A DNA stretch of 64,000 nt from assembly GCA_030043855.1 (NCBI GenBank), contig JASHWW010000005.1:9088-73087 (forward strand), read 5' to 3'. The notes beneath the pieces were generated by a model. It saw only the letters and a program-made list of their open reading frames with translations. It ran no database searches and was not told where the DNA came from. Both the position numbers and the translations under genes were made by a program. Numbering within the stretch: position 1 is the first letter of the stretch; each line of letters opens with the position of its first letter. The stretch is from Thermoplasmata archaeon (GTDB lineage Archaea; Thermoplasmatota; Thermoplasmata; Lutacidiplasmatales; UBA184). Below, one piece after another: positions 55,489 through 64,000 of the stretch.

Positions 55489-56441
55489 GCGGCGCCGTCG
55501 TGCCGGAGGCCGTCGTCGTCGAGGCGACGCCGTCGGTTCCGCGGGACGCCGCGGAACAGATGTTCCGGTACCTGATCTTCCACCGGTCGCTGCTCGGGGA
55601 GGGGGAGGACACGTCCGCCCTGCTCGAGCGGTACCTGGCCCTGGTCGAGAACCTGAAGGACGGGGTCCACCTCGTGATCCCCGACCCCGTGCAGAAGGCG
55701 ACGGCGCTCCTCTTCGAGCTCGTGATGGACGAGGCGTTCGACCCGTGGGAGATCGACCTGGCGAAGTTCACGCAGGCGTACCTCGAGCGGGTCCGTGCCG
55801 ACGGCGCGGTGAACTTCGCGATCGCCGGCCGTCTGCTGTACATGGCGTGGAGCATCCTCTACCTGCAGTCGGAGGAGGTCCTGCGGACCCGCGGAACCCC
55901 CGACCCGGGCGAACTCCCGGCGTCGGGCGAACTGCCGACGGACGACGGCTATCTGCCGCTGATGGAGACCCCCGAGGCGGTCGACGTCACCAGCACCGTC
56001 CTCGCGACGGGGGACACCCCGCCGCTCCTCGAGATGGTCCGCCACCCCGAGGTCCGGCCGGTGTCGCTGCTGGAGCTGGTGCGGGCGTTCGGGGCGGCCG
56101 AGGAGGACGCCCGGACCGCCCTCCGGGTCGAGGAACTGCGCGAGCGGCTGCGGGAAGAGCAGCGCGCCCCCCCCGAGGTCCTCGTCCACGGGGACATTCC
56201 CGAGCACGAGCTCTCCGACGCGTGGGAGGAGATCCTGCGGCACCCGGTCGGGGAGCCGTTTCCGTTCGTCGACCTCTGGGACCCGAAGACCGGCCGCGAC
56301 CACCTGGTCGCGCTCCTGCTCGCCGTGCTGTTCCTCGCGCGCGAGAAGTCGGTCGAACTTCGCCAGGACCAGGTCGCCGTCTCGCCCGTGATCGTGGTCC
56401 GGACGGCCGACGGCCGCCACCCGGTGGCGGAGGAGCCGTAG
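55485..56441 (+). CDS. scpA: Segregation and condensation protein A (kleisin)
   Basis: Immediately follows smc with an ATGA overlap. FDPWEIDLAKFTQAYLE is the N-terminal ScpA helix. A C-terminal winged-helix follows. Confidence 0.8.
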   Translation: MSGAVVPEAVVVEATPSVPRDAAEQMFRYLIFHRSLLGEGEDTSALLERYLALVENLKDGVHLVIPDPVQKATALLFELVMDEAFDPWEIDLAKFTQAYLERVRADGAVNFAIAGRLLYMAWSILYLQSEEVLRTRGTPDPGELPASGELPTDDGYLPLMETPEAVDVTSTVLATGDTPPLLEMVRHPEVRPVSLLELVRAFGAAEEDARTALRVEELRERLREEQRAPPEVLVHGDIPEHELSDAWEEILRHPVGEPFPFVDLWDPKTGRDHLVALLLAVLFLAREKSVELRQDQVAVSPVIVVRTADGRHPVAEEP

Positions 56442-56444
56442 ACG

Positions 56445-57065
56445 ATGCCGTCGAAGCTCGACGACCTGGTGCTCGAGGTAGAGGCGATCCTCTTCGCGGC
56501 GGGGAAGCCGCTCAGCGCCTCCGAGATCGCGGCCGCGCTCGAGCGGGACGACCCCCGCCCCGTCCAGCGGGCCGTGCGCACTCTCGAACAGACGTACGAG
56601 AACCGCCAGTCGTCCCTCGAGGTCCGGCGGGTCGGCGACCGATACGCCCTCCAGCTCCGGGAACCGTACGTCGCGACCGTCCACTCCGTGACGCCCGTCG
56701 AGATGGCGCCGCGCACCGTGAAGGCCCTGACACTGATCGCCTATCACCAGCCGATCCTCCAGAGCGTCCTCGTCCGGATGATCGGCGACCTGGCGTACGA
56801 GGAGGTCCAGCACCTCCGCGGCCTCGGTCTGGTCCGCACGGAACCGAAAGGTTCGACCCTCGAGCTGACCACGACGCGCCGGTTCGCCGAGTACTTCGGG
56901 ATCGCGTCGAGCCGTCCCGAGGAGATCCGCCGATTCCTCGAGCAGAAGCTCGGCGTGCCTCCGCCGCCCGGGGCGGTCGATCCGGCGGCGGCTCCGGTCG
57001 CCCCCGACGAGCCCGCGTCGCCCGAGGTCCGCCCGCCGGACGCCCCGGCGCCCCCGGCCGCCTAG
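56445..57065 (+). CDS. scpB: Segregation and condensation protein B
   Basis: LEVEAILFAAGKPLSASEIAAAL...TLIAYHQPILQSVLVRMIG...LGLVRTEPKGSTLELTTTRRFAEYFGI is the tandem wHTH ScpB fold. Part of the smc-scpA-scpB operon. Confidence 0.8.
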   Translation: MPSKLDDLVLEVEAILFAAGKPLSASEIAAALERDDPRPVQRAVRTLEQTYENRQSSLEVRRVGDRYALQLREPYVATVHSVTPVEMAPRTVKALTLIAYHQPILQSVLVRMIGDLAYEEVQHLRGLGLVRTEPKGSTLELTTTRRFAEYFGIASSRPEEIRRFLEQKLGVPPPPGAVDPAAAPVAPDEPASPEVRPPDAPAPPAA

Positions 57066-57078
57066 GCCGACCGCGTCC

Positions 57079-59418
57079 TTACAGGCGACCGCAGTGCGGA
57101 CAGCGCACCGGTTCCGCCGGACGCAACCCGCCGCAGTAGGGACACAGGAACGTCGCTCCGCCGAGCGTCGAGGCGCCGGTCGAACCCGGAGGGTTCGACC
57201 CGAACGGGACCGATCCGCTTCCGAGGCGCGTGCGACGCGGCCGGGCCGCGACGACCACGAGCACGATCGCGGCGATCACGCCGACGCCGAGGATCGCGTA
57301 GACCGTGGTCCACGGGAAGACGGTCCCGCTGGTCGGGGCCGGGGTCGGGAGGGTCGGGGTCGACCCGTTGTAGACGTAGTTCGCGATGGTGCTGTTCCGG
57401 TCGGCGGCGAGGAAGAGCGGGGCGAGGAAGCCGCCCCAGCCGGTCGTCGCGTCCCACCCCGGACCCGCGGTGAAGACGTAGTTCGACCCCTCGGTCACGT
57501 CGAACAACGGGTCGTCGCCGACGTCGCTCGGGTGGGCGGCGTAGAAGCTCGCCATCCGGTACAGCTCGGGATCCAGGAACCCGAGCGGCTGGAACTGAGC
57601 GGCGACCTTCGAACGGACGGCGACCAGGTCGGCGAGGATCCCCGAGAGGACCGGGGCGGCGATGCTGGTCCCGGCCAGGAGCCCGTAGAACAGGACCCCG
57701 GTCGCGTTGCGGAACACGTAGGCGATCGTGTTGTTGGCCGGCATCGCCACATCGGGCCCGGCCCGGCCGAGCTCCGACGCCCCCTGCTTCAAGGTCGCGT
57801 TGACGATCGCCGGCTGGGCCGCGGAGTGGAACTGCCACCAAGGCTCGGGGTAATCGGCGGTCGCGATCCCGCCCTCCGACCCGGCGGCGAACCCCGCCTG
57901 CTGGTCGTACCACGCGATCATCGAGTTGAACCGCGGCGGCGTGGCGTTCCCGACCGTCGGATCGTACGAGACGTTGATCGCCGTGCCGTTGACGATGGCG
58001 GTCGGGGCGCCGGCCAGGTCGACGGTCACCCCTCCGACCGAGAGGCTGCCGGTCGTGTTGAACGCGGCCGTCGCCGGCCAGACGGGCCACTGGCCGTCGG
58101 CGCCGCGACCGGTCAACGAACCGGGCGCGTCGCCCTGATCGCCGCTGGCGGTGACGACCGTCACGCCCGTCGCCGCCGCGATCGTCAGGACGGTGTTCCA
58201 GGCGGAGTCGTTGAGGTTCGGGAGGCCGAACGAGCCGCTCACCACGGCCAGGTGGGAGGCGCCGTAGTTGTACGACAGCGCCGACGCGAGATCCTGGGCG
58301 AAGAAGTCCGCGATGTTCCCCCAGGGGAACGATCCTTCGAGCAGGCTGCCCGAGAAGTAGAAATTCTCGATCGTGGCGCCCGGGGCGAGGCTGCCGGCCA
58401 TCTCGACGTCCAGGGAGTTCTCGATCTCGTCCCCCGAGGAATCGGTCGCGTTCCCCAACGAGCCGGGGGACGGCGGGGTCGTGCCGGCGACCGTCACCGG
58501 CACGCCCCCGAGGGTGGGCATCGGCCAGCCCGGCCCGAGGGTGTCGTTGAAGTAGGCGTCCACCACCGACGGGTCCCACGGGGGCAGGTTCGTCCCCGTC
58601 GTGTTGTTGAACGAGCTGGCCAGCAGTGTCGCGATCGCGATCCCGGTCGGGTACGTCGGGTCGGTGACCTCGGTGGACCCCGGCCAGAGCGCGGTCGCCT
58701 CGTACGCCTGCGCGTAGTCGGACCCGATGAACCAGTCGGCGCCGCTCGCGTTGTCGTGCACGTAGAGCGCGGGCGAGCCGCCCGCCGCCACGGGGCCGAG
58801 CGCTTCCGGCGCGAGCTCGTGGGAGAATCCCGGATCGACCGCGTTCGTGAGGCCCCCGATCCCGACGACCACGCCGGCGAGGCCGGTGGCCAGGGACGGA
58901 GATCCCACGGCAGTGTAGAGCAGTCGCCCGTCCTGACGACCGTAGCTCTCGAGCGGCACCCCCGCGATCCGGGCGACGACCGGGGGAGTCGCCACGCAGT
59001 TGACGAGCACCCCGCCGTCCTGGGTTCGAACGTCCGTCGCGCCGAGAGCGGAGAGCTCCTCGGTCACGCCTTGGACCGCACGGGTCGACGGGCCGAATTG
59101 GCTCACGAATTGGTCGTAGGTGAGGAAGTGGCGGTAGTTCGGGGATGCGGGGGACTCGACGGCGGCCAAGTAGGCGGCCAGACCCGACGGGTCCGACCAC
59201 CCGAGCGAGAGGGTCAGCGCAATGGGGTCGGTCGCGGCGAGGGGGCGGAGCACGGCGCCTTCGGGTGCCGCCACCGCGTCGGTGCGGAGCAGCGACGGGG
59301 AGCCCGCGGCCGGATGGGCCCCCGGTGCGGCCCCCTGGAGCACCGGCACGACGAGGGCGCTCGCGACGACCAGCACCGTCACGAGGCCGGCTGAGACTCC
59401 GGACGGCCACCGGCGCAT
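57079..59418 (-). CDS. S53 sedolisin-family serine peptidase (pro-kumamolisin-type propeptide plus subtilase-fold catalytic domain), C-terminal TM anchor and zinc ribbon
   Basis: Signal peptide MRRWPSGVSAGLVTVLVVASALVVP. Propeptide PNYRHFLTYDQFVSQFGPS. The catalytic domain ends with GTSIAAPVLSGILADL (Ser nucleophile, SGTSxAxP). About 20 N-x-S/T sequons. C-terminal TM ILGVGVIAAIVLVVVAA is followed by CPYCGG...CPHCG. Confidence 0.75.
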   Translation of the reverse strand: MRRWPSGVSAGLVTVLVVASALVVPVLQGAAPGAHPAAGSPSLLRTDAVAAPEGAVLRPLAATDPIALTLSLGWSDPSGLAAYLAAVESPASPNYRHFLTYDQFVSQFGPSTRAVQGVTEELSALGATDVRTQDGGVLVNCVATPPVVARIAGVPLESYGRQDGRLLYTAVGSPSLATGLAGVVVGIGGLTNAVDPGFSHELAPEALGPVAAGGSPALYVHDNASGADWFIGSDYAQAYEATALWPGSTEVTDPTYPTGIAIATLLASSFNNTTGTNLPPWDPSVVDAYFNDTLGPGWPMPTLGGVPVTVAGTTPPSPGSLGNATDSSGDEIENSLDVEMAGSLAPGATIENFYFSGSLLEGSFPWGNIADFFAQDLASALSYNYGASHLAVVSGSFGLPNLNDSAWNTVLTIAAATGVTVVTASGDQGDAPGSLTGRGADGQWPVWPATAAFNTTGSLSVGGVTVDLAGAPTAIVNGTAINVSYDPTVGNATPPRFNSMIAWYDQQAGFAAGSEGGIATADYPEPWWQFHSAAQPAIVNATLKQGASELGRAGPDVAMPANNTIAYVFRNATGVLFYGLLAGTSIAAPVLSGILADLVAVRSKVAAQFQPLGFLDPELYRMASFYAAHPSDVGDDPLFDVTEGSNYVFTAGPGWDATTGWGGFLAPLFLAADRNSTIANYVYNGSTPTLPTPAPTSGTVFPWTTVYAILGVGVIAAIVLVVVAARPRRTRLGSGSVPFGSNPPGSTGASTLGGATFLCPYCGGLRPAEPVRCPHCGRL

Positions 59419-59508
59419 TCCCTGTACGGACGCGGCAGGGGTACTAATGGGCACCACCGTTCCCCGGCCGGGGCCAACACTTTAGTTTGGCCCGCGCTCG
59501 CCGCGGGG

Positions 59509-59934
59509 ATGCCGGCCCCCGCTCCCCCACCCGACGGGCCGTGCGTCTTCTGCGAGATCGCGGCGAAGCGGTCCCCCGCATGGATCGTCCACGAGGACGG
59601 CGCGACCGTCGCCTTCCTCGACATCTTTCCGTTCACGCGCGGCCACCTGCTGGTGATCCCCCGCGAGCACGGAGCCCGACTGACCGACCTCACTCCCGAG
59701 GCCCAGCGGGCGCTGATCCGCAGCGTGGCCGAGTTGTGCGGCCGCGTCGAGCGCCTCGCCCCCGACTACAACGTCGCGCTGAACGCCGGAGCGGCGGCCG
59801 GGCAGATCGTCTTTCACGTGCACTTTCACGTGATCCCGCGGTACGGCGAAGCGAACCCGTTCCGGGCCACGACCCGGGCCCCGCTCGAAGCCGGCGATGC
59901 CCGGAAGCTGCTCGTCGAGCTCGCCCGTCCCTGA
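59509..59934 (+). CDS. HIT-family (histidine triad) nucleotide hydrolase/transferase
   Basis: CVFCEI...GHLLVIPREH...HVHFHVIPR is the HxHxHxx triad. Confidence 0.75.
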   Translation: MPAPAPPPDGPCVFCEIAAKRSPAWIVHEDGATVAFLDIFPFTRGHLLVIPREHGARLTDLTPEAQRALIRSVAELCGRVERLAPDYNVALNAGAAAGQIVFHVHFHVIPRYGEANPFRATTRAPLEAGDARKLLVELARP

Positions 59935-59940
59935 GGGTCG

Positions 59941-60801
59941 ATGCCGGCGCTGCCCCGACGTCCGGCGGTCGCGGGGCAGTTCTATCCGTCGGACGCCGCC
60001 GAATTGACCCGGTTGGTCGAGGCGTGCTTCACGGACGCCCGCGGTCCGGGGGAGCTTCCTCCTCGTCGGCGATCGACGGACCGCTCGCTCCAAGCCGCCG
60101 TCGTCCCGCACGCGGGGCTCGTCTACTCCGGTGCGATCGCCGCCCACCTCTACGCCGAGATCGCCGCGCAGCGCCCGCCCGACGCGGTCGTGATCCTCGG
60201 GGTCGACCACCACGGGGGCGCTTCCTGGCCCTCGGTGTCCGGGCGTCCCTGGGCAACCCCCCTCGGGCCCGTGCCGGTGGCGGAGGACCTCGCGCGAGCC
60301 CTGGTCCGCGGACCGATCCGTCTCGACGAGGACGCGCAGCGGGACGAACATTCGATCGAGGTGCAGCTCCCGTTCCTCGACTACGTCCTGCCGCACCCCC
60401 GGTTCGTGGCGCTCCAGGTCCCGTTCGGCCGGTTCGAAGCGTTGGCGCGCGTGGGAGCCGAGCTCCGGGACGCCATCGCCGACCGGGACGTGCTGCTGCT
60501 CGCGTCGACCGACTTCTCCCATTACGTCCCGGCGGAGGTCGCGGAGCGGCTCGACCGGATGGCGATCGATGCGATCCTCGCGGGCGATGCGCGTCGGCTC
60601 TACGACACGGTGGCGGCGAACGACATCTCGATGTGCGGGATCGCTCCCACCACCGCGCTCTTGGCCGCGGTCGCGGGCCGCGGGCTGGTTCCCCGGCTGC
60701 TTCGCTGGGGTCACTCGGGGGAGGTGGCGCGGATGCGCGATGTCGTCGGATACGCCGCGCTCGCTCTCGAAGCGCCCCCCGTCCCGCCCTCCGTTAAATA
60801 G
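59941..60801 (+). CDS. MEMO1-family protein (AmmeMemoRadiSam system protein B-like)
   Basis: AVAGQFYPSDAAEL...VVPHAGLVYSGAIAAH...LGVDHHG...STDFSHY are the Memo/extradiol-dioxygenase-like metal ligands. Confidence 0.75.
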   Translation: MPALPRRPAVAGQFYPSDAAELTRLVEACFTDARGPGELPPRRRSTDRSLQAAVVPHAGLVYSGAIAAHLYAEIAAQRPPDAVVILGVDHHGGASWPSVSGRPWATPLGPVPVAEDLARALVRGPIRLDEDAQRDEHSIEVQLPFLDYVLPHPRFVALQVPFGRFEALARVGAELRDAIADRDVLLLASTDFSHYVPAEVAERLDRMAIDAILAGDARRLYDTVAANDISMCGIAPTTALLAAVAGRGLVPRLLRWGHSGEVARMRDVVGYAALALEAPPVPPSVK

Positions 60802-60830
60802 CGCCCTCGGCTCGGCGCGCCCGTTCCGGC

Positions 60831-61424
60831 ATGATCCTCTCCGACACTCGGATCCGCGCCGCGATGCGGGACGGCCGCATCGTCATCCGCCCATATCGGC
60901 CCGAGTGCCTCGGTACGAACTCCTACGACGTCCACCTGGGCCCGTACCTCGCCGTCTATCGGTCGGCGGCGCTCGACGCCAGGGTGGCGAACCCGGTCCG
61001 CGAGTTCCGGATCCCGAAGACCGGGTACGTGCTCGTCCCCGGCCAGCTGTACCTGGGCGTCACGGAGGAGTACACGGAGACGCACGGGTACGTCCCGTTC
61101 CTCGAAGGCAAGTCGAGCGTCGGACGCCTGGGGATCGACATCCACTCGACCGCCGGAAAGGGGGACGAAGGGTTCTGCAACTACTGGACCCTCGAGATGA
61201 GCGTGAAGATCCCGGTCCGGATCTACGCGGGGATGCCGGTCGGGCAGTTGATCTACTTCGAGATCTCCGGGACGGTCGACCGCAGCTACGCGACGAAGGC
61301 GTCCGCGAAGTACCGGGCGGTGAGCCGCCACCCGACCCCGTCGCGCATGCACCTCAATTTCCCGACGTCGGGGCGGGGCCGCTCCCGCGCCGGCCGCCGG
61401 GCGACGAAGCCCGCCCCCCGGTAG
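60831..61424 (+). CDS. dcd: dCTP deaminase
   Basis: MILSDTRIRAAMRDGRIVIRPYRPECLGTNSYDVHLGP...EGKSSVGRLGIDIH matches the dCTP deaminase/dUTPase-fold consensus. Confidence 0.75.
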   Translation: MILSDTRIRAAMRDGRIVIRPYRPECLGTNSYDVHLGPYLAVYRSAALDARVANPVREFRIPKTGYVLVPGQLYLGVTEEYTETHGYVPFLEGKSSVGRLGIDIHSTAGKGDEGFCNYWTLEMSVKIPVRIYAGMPVGQLIYFEISGTVDRSYATKASAKYRAVSRHPTPSRMHLNFPTSGRGRSRAGRRATKPAPR

Positions 61425-64000
61425 GCTCTCCGGGGGGTCCGATCAGGTAGAACGCCGGACGGCCCGGTCGGGCGCGCTCGCGGCGTCCCTTCGGGTCGTG
61501 CGGTCCAGCCTCCGATTCCGCGTGCACGGTGACCTGCTCGAACCCGTACCGCCGGAGCAGGTACGCCTCGACCGCCCGGAGGCACCCGAGCTCGTCGACC
61601 TCCGCCGGAACGACACGGGGCTCGTTGCGGAGCAGGGGGAGGACGCGCTGCACGTACTTCGGCATCTCCGGCCGGAACGCGGCGAGCTCGGGGCGCGCGG
61701 CGGCCCGGTCGAGGATCGATCGGATCGTCGGCTCCTCGCCCCGCGCGAGATCGTCGCGGATCCACGACTCCACGGTCGCCTTCCACGGCGCCGCGACGAA
61801 GAACGCGACCTCCCGGTACGGTGCCTCCGCGCGTTCGAGGGACGGCCGGAGGACGGCGCGGAGGTCCTCCTCGACACGCTCGAGGAACGTCTCCTGCCGC
61901 TCGGCGCGCTCCGACCGCGCGAACTCCCCCGGGTCGGGGAACGCCGTCGTGGCGACGAGGTCGCCGCCGGCCGGGTGGAGCTCTTCGGCGAGATGCGGGG
62001 TGATCGGCGAGAGCAGGCGGATCCAGCATCGGGCGACGCGGTCGGTCGCGTCCCCCGCCTGGCCCCCCCGCGTGTAATAGCGCCGGAGGAGCGACGGCAA
62101 CCGAACGTAGGTCAGCTCCGCGGCGGTCCGAAGATCCGTCCCCTCGTACGCGGCCCGGACCTCTCCGACCAGGCCGTGGCACGCCGAGAGGAGCCAGGCG
62201 TCCAGTTCCGGCTCGCCGGCCCCCGCGCCGCGGGCCTCGCGAACCATCCGCTCGACGTCGGCCAGACGTTCCCGGGCGGCGTCCAAGAGCGAGGTCTCCC
62301 ACTCGACATCCTGCGACGGCGAGCTCGCGAGCGTGTACATCAGCCGCAGGGCGTCCGCTCCGGACTGCTCCAACGCGACGGCGATCCCGGGGATCCGGCC
62401 CCCCTTGGCGCCGACCTCCTTCTTCGAGAGCTTCCCCCCGCTGGTCCCCGTGATCCAGCCGTTCACGTAGATCCCGTGCGGCTGCAGCGGCTCGTCGAGC
62501 AGCGCGACGTGGGTGAACAGGAACGCGGGGAAGTGGACCCGCTTGTGCTCCTTCCCTCCGCAGTTGTAGTCGAGCGGATACCAGTAGAGGAACTCCGCGC
62601 GCACTTCGTCGAGGACCGCTCGCTCCACCTTCGGCTCGCCCGGACCGGCGCCCCGGAAGACGTACTCGAAGAACGCGTCGGTCAGCTGGTCGGTCCGGAG
62701 GCGCCCCGTCGCCACGAACCTCCGGACGACGTAGTACGCCATGTAGAACGTCGAGTCGGCGATCGGTTCGATCACCCACTCCGGGTCGAACGGCAACGGG
62801 GTGCCGAGCCAGCGGCCCCGTCGGGTGCACGGGCGGTCACCGAACCAATCGACGATTCCCGACAACTCCTCCCGGTACTCCGCCGGCCAGGTGACGAGAT
62901 GGTCGAGTCGGGCCCGGACCTTCGACTTCCAGGACGGGTCGGCGTAATGGAGGAACCACTGGTCCGGGACGCGGCGGATCACCACGGCGTGGCCGTTCCG
63001 ACACACGACCGGCTTCGAGAACTCCTGCAGGGGGAAGCTCGTCCCCGTGCGCGCCAACCGTTCGGCGACCTGCTCGCGAGCGTCCCGTACCAGCACCCCT
63101 TGCAGCTCGGGAACGGTCATCCGCCCGCGGACGTACTCGAGGCGGTAGAGGCGCTCGGTAGCGGTATCGACGGCGGCACGATCCGAGAGACCTCGCGCAC
63201 CGGCCGCCCGCAGCGCCCGGTCGGCGGGCGAACCGGACCCTTGGAGCAGCTCTCGATCGGACGGGGAGAGCGCGGCATCGGCCGGGATCTCCAGGAGGAT
63301 AGGTCCCGGGGCGACCGCGCTCCGGAGATCGGGTCCGAGCTCGGCGAGCGCCGCGGCGTCGGCCGGCGCATGGGCCGGCACGCTCATCACGACGCCGGTG
63401 CCCACGGCGGGGTCGACGAGGGCGCTTTCGAGGATCGGGACCTCGGCCGCGCCGATCGGCGGGCGGACGGTCCGACCCACCAGTTCGGACGGGGGGACCG
63501 GGTGGCCGACTCGCCCTCCGTGCTGTTCCACGAGGCGCTCGGCCGCGGGCCGCGTCACGAGGAACTGGTGGTCTCCTTGATGCCAGACGACCAGCGGAAC
63601 GCCGGGCGCCACCCACAGGTTCGTGACGCCGTAGACCGTCTCCGGTCGCAACGTTGCGGCCAGAAGGATCCGGCCGTCCGGAAGGGAGAACGGCACGGTG
63701 GTGAATCGAACGACCTCGGCGTCCCCGCCCGAGTCGAGGTCGGTCTCGGACGGATCGACCGCCACCGGCCCGCAGACGGGGCAGACCGGCGCGAAGTACG
63801 TCCCCTTCACGAGGGCCCCCGCCCGCTCCAACGCTCGGAACTGCCACCGGACGAACGCGCGATAGTCGTCGTCGACCGTCGTCAGGTAGGTCGCCTCGTC
63901 CACCAGGACGCCGAGCGAGCGGAGGACGACCCGATACGTCTCGCCCAAGAACCGCGCCGCCGCCTCCGGGTCCTCGAGCCGGACCCACTCTTGCTCCGGG
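61354..64000 (-). CDS. leuS: Leucyl-tRNA synthetase (archaeal type), N-terminus beyond the window end
   Basis: CP1 editing region (ATLRPETVYGVTNLWV), KMSKS-equivalent GKLSKKEVGAKGG, and the anticodon-binding C-terminus. The first in-window residues follow the HIGH motif, so the gene continues past 64000. Its 3' end overlaps dcd by about 70 nt, convergently. Confidence 0.85.
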   Translation of the reverse strand, partial: PEQEWVRLEDPEAAARFLGETYRVVLRSLGVLVDEATYLTTVDDDYRAFVRWQFRALERAGALVKGTYFAPVCPVCGPVAVDPSETDLDSGGDAEVVRFTTVPFSLPDGRILLAATLRPETVYGVTNLWVAPGVPLVVWHQGDHQFLVTRPAAERLVEQHGGRVGHPVPPSELVGRTVRPPIGAAEVPILESALVDPAVGTGVVMSVPAHAPADAAALAELGPDLRSAVAPGPILLEIPADAALSPSDRELLQGSGSPADRALRAAGARGLSDRAAVDTATERLYRLEYVRGRMTVPELQGVLVRDAREQVAERLARTGTSFPLQEFSKPVVCRNGHAVVIRRVPDQWFLHYADPSWKSKVRARLDHLVTWPAEYREELSGIVDWFGDRPCTRRGRWLGTPLPFDPEWVIEPIADSTFYMAYYVVRRFVATGRLRTDQLTDAFFEYVFRGAGPGEPKVERAVLDEVRAEFLYWYPLDYNCGGKEHKRVHFPAFLFTHVALLDEPLQPHGIYVNGWITGTSGGKLSKKEVGAKGGRIPGIAVALEQSGADALRLMYTLASSPSQDVEWETSLLDAARERLADVERMVREARGAGAGEPELDAWLLSACHGLVGEVRAAYEGTDLRTAAELTYVRLPSLLRRYYTRGGQAGDATDRVARCWIRLLSPITPHLAEELHPAGGDLVATTAFPDPGEFARSERAERQETFLERVEEDLRAVLRPSLERAEAPYREVAFFVAAPWKATVESWIRDDLARGEEPTIRSILDRAAARPELAAFRPEMPKYVQRVLPLLRNEPRVVPAEVDELGCLRAVEAYLLRRYGFEQVTVHAESEAGPHDPKGRRERARPGRPAFYLIGPPGEPTGGRASSPGGRRGSGPAPTSGN

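Noticed and set aside
61354-61424. 70-nt convergent overlap between the dcd and leuS 3' ends
   Set aside because: Considered as a sign of a mis-called stop, but both frames run to their first stop with protein-like sequence. Noted as a genuine overlap, or a short over-extension of one gene, not as a separate feature.
1-64000. CRISPR arrays, rRNA genes, transposases or integrases, prophage genes
   Set aside because: Searched by eye for spaced direct repeats, rRNA-like conserved stretches, and DDE, tyrosine or serine recombinase motifs in all six frames. None found. The only RNA gene is the intron-containing tRNA-Asp.

Overview
The window is a 64 kb chromosomal segment of a high-GC (about 70 %) archaeon. 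Evidence for the archaeal assignment: TFB, aIF5B, thermosome, SMC/ScpA/ScpB, KaiC-like ATPases, an NOG1 GTPase, an archaeal-type LeuRS, TATA boxes about 25-30 nt upstream of leaderless GTG/ATG starts, and a tRNA with an archaeal-type intron. Proteins are not acidic, so this is not a haloarchaeon. GGAGG-type RBS and many 4-nt start/stop overlaps indicate polycistronic operons. Coding density is very high. All calls rest on my own reading of the supplied ORF translations and the DNA. The extreme GC content creates many long Arg/Pro/Gly-rich shadow ORFs, which I reject. Content: mostly housekeeping and metabolic genes (transporters, glycine cleavage P-protein, PFK, NAD kinase/IMPase, tRNA and translation factors, chromosome condensation) plus two accessory islands. 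Island 1 (about 39.1-41.8 kb) encodes a small membrane protein, a wHTH regulator, an N-glycosylation-sequon-rich surface protein, a mini Cys/His protein and a membrane-anchored cupredoxin. Island 2 (about 41.8-48.0 kb) is a co-directional cell-envelope modification cluster with unusual domain fusions: GT2 fused to a Pol-beta-type nucleotidyltransferase, a SAM-MTase with a zinc ribbon, a deazaflavin-nitroreductase-like domain fused to a SAM-MTase, and a GT-C-like membrane protein. I consider island 2 the best candidate for an undescribed system. Other notable items: a tRNA-Asp(GUC) carrying a 33-nt intron at a non-canonical T-loop position; a truD, KaiC-like (dead Walker A), KaiC-like (active), dinB operon reminiscent of a mutasome cassette; a suhB-nadK tandem matching the fused MJ0917 enzyme; and an S53 sedolisin with a C-terminal TM segment and zinc ribbon. 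No rRNA, CRISPR array, transposase or integrase was seen.
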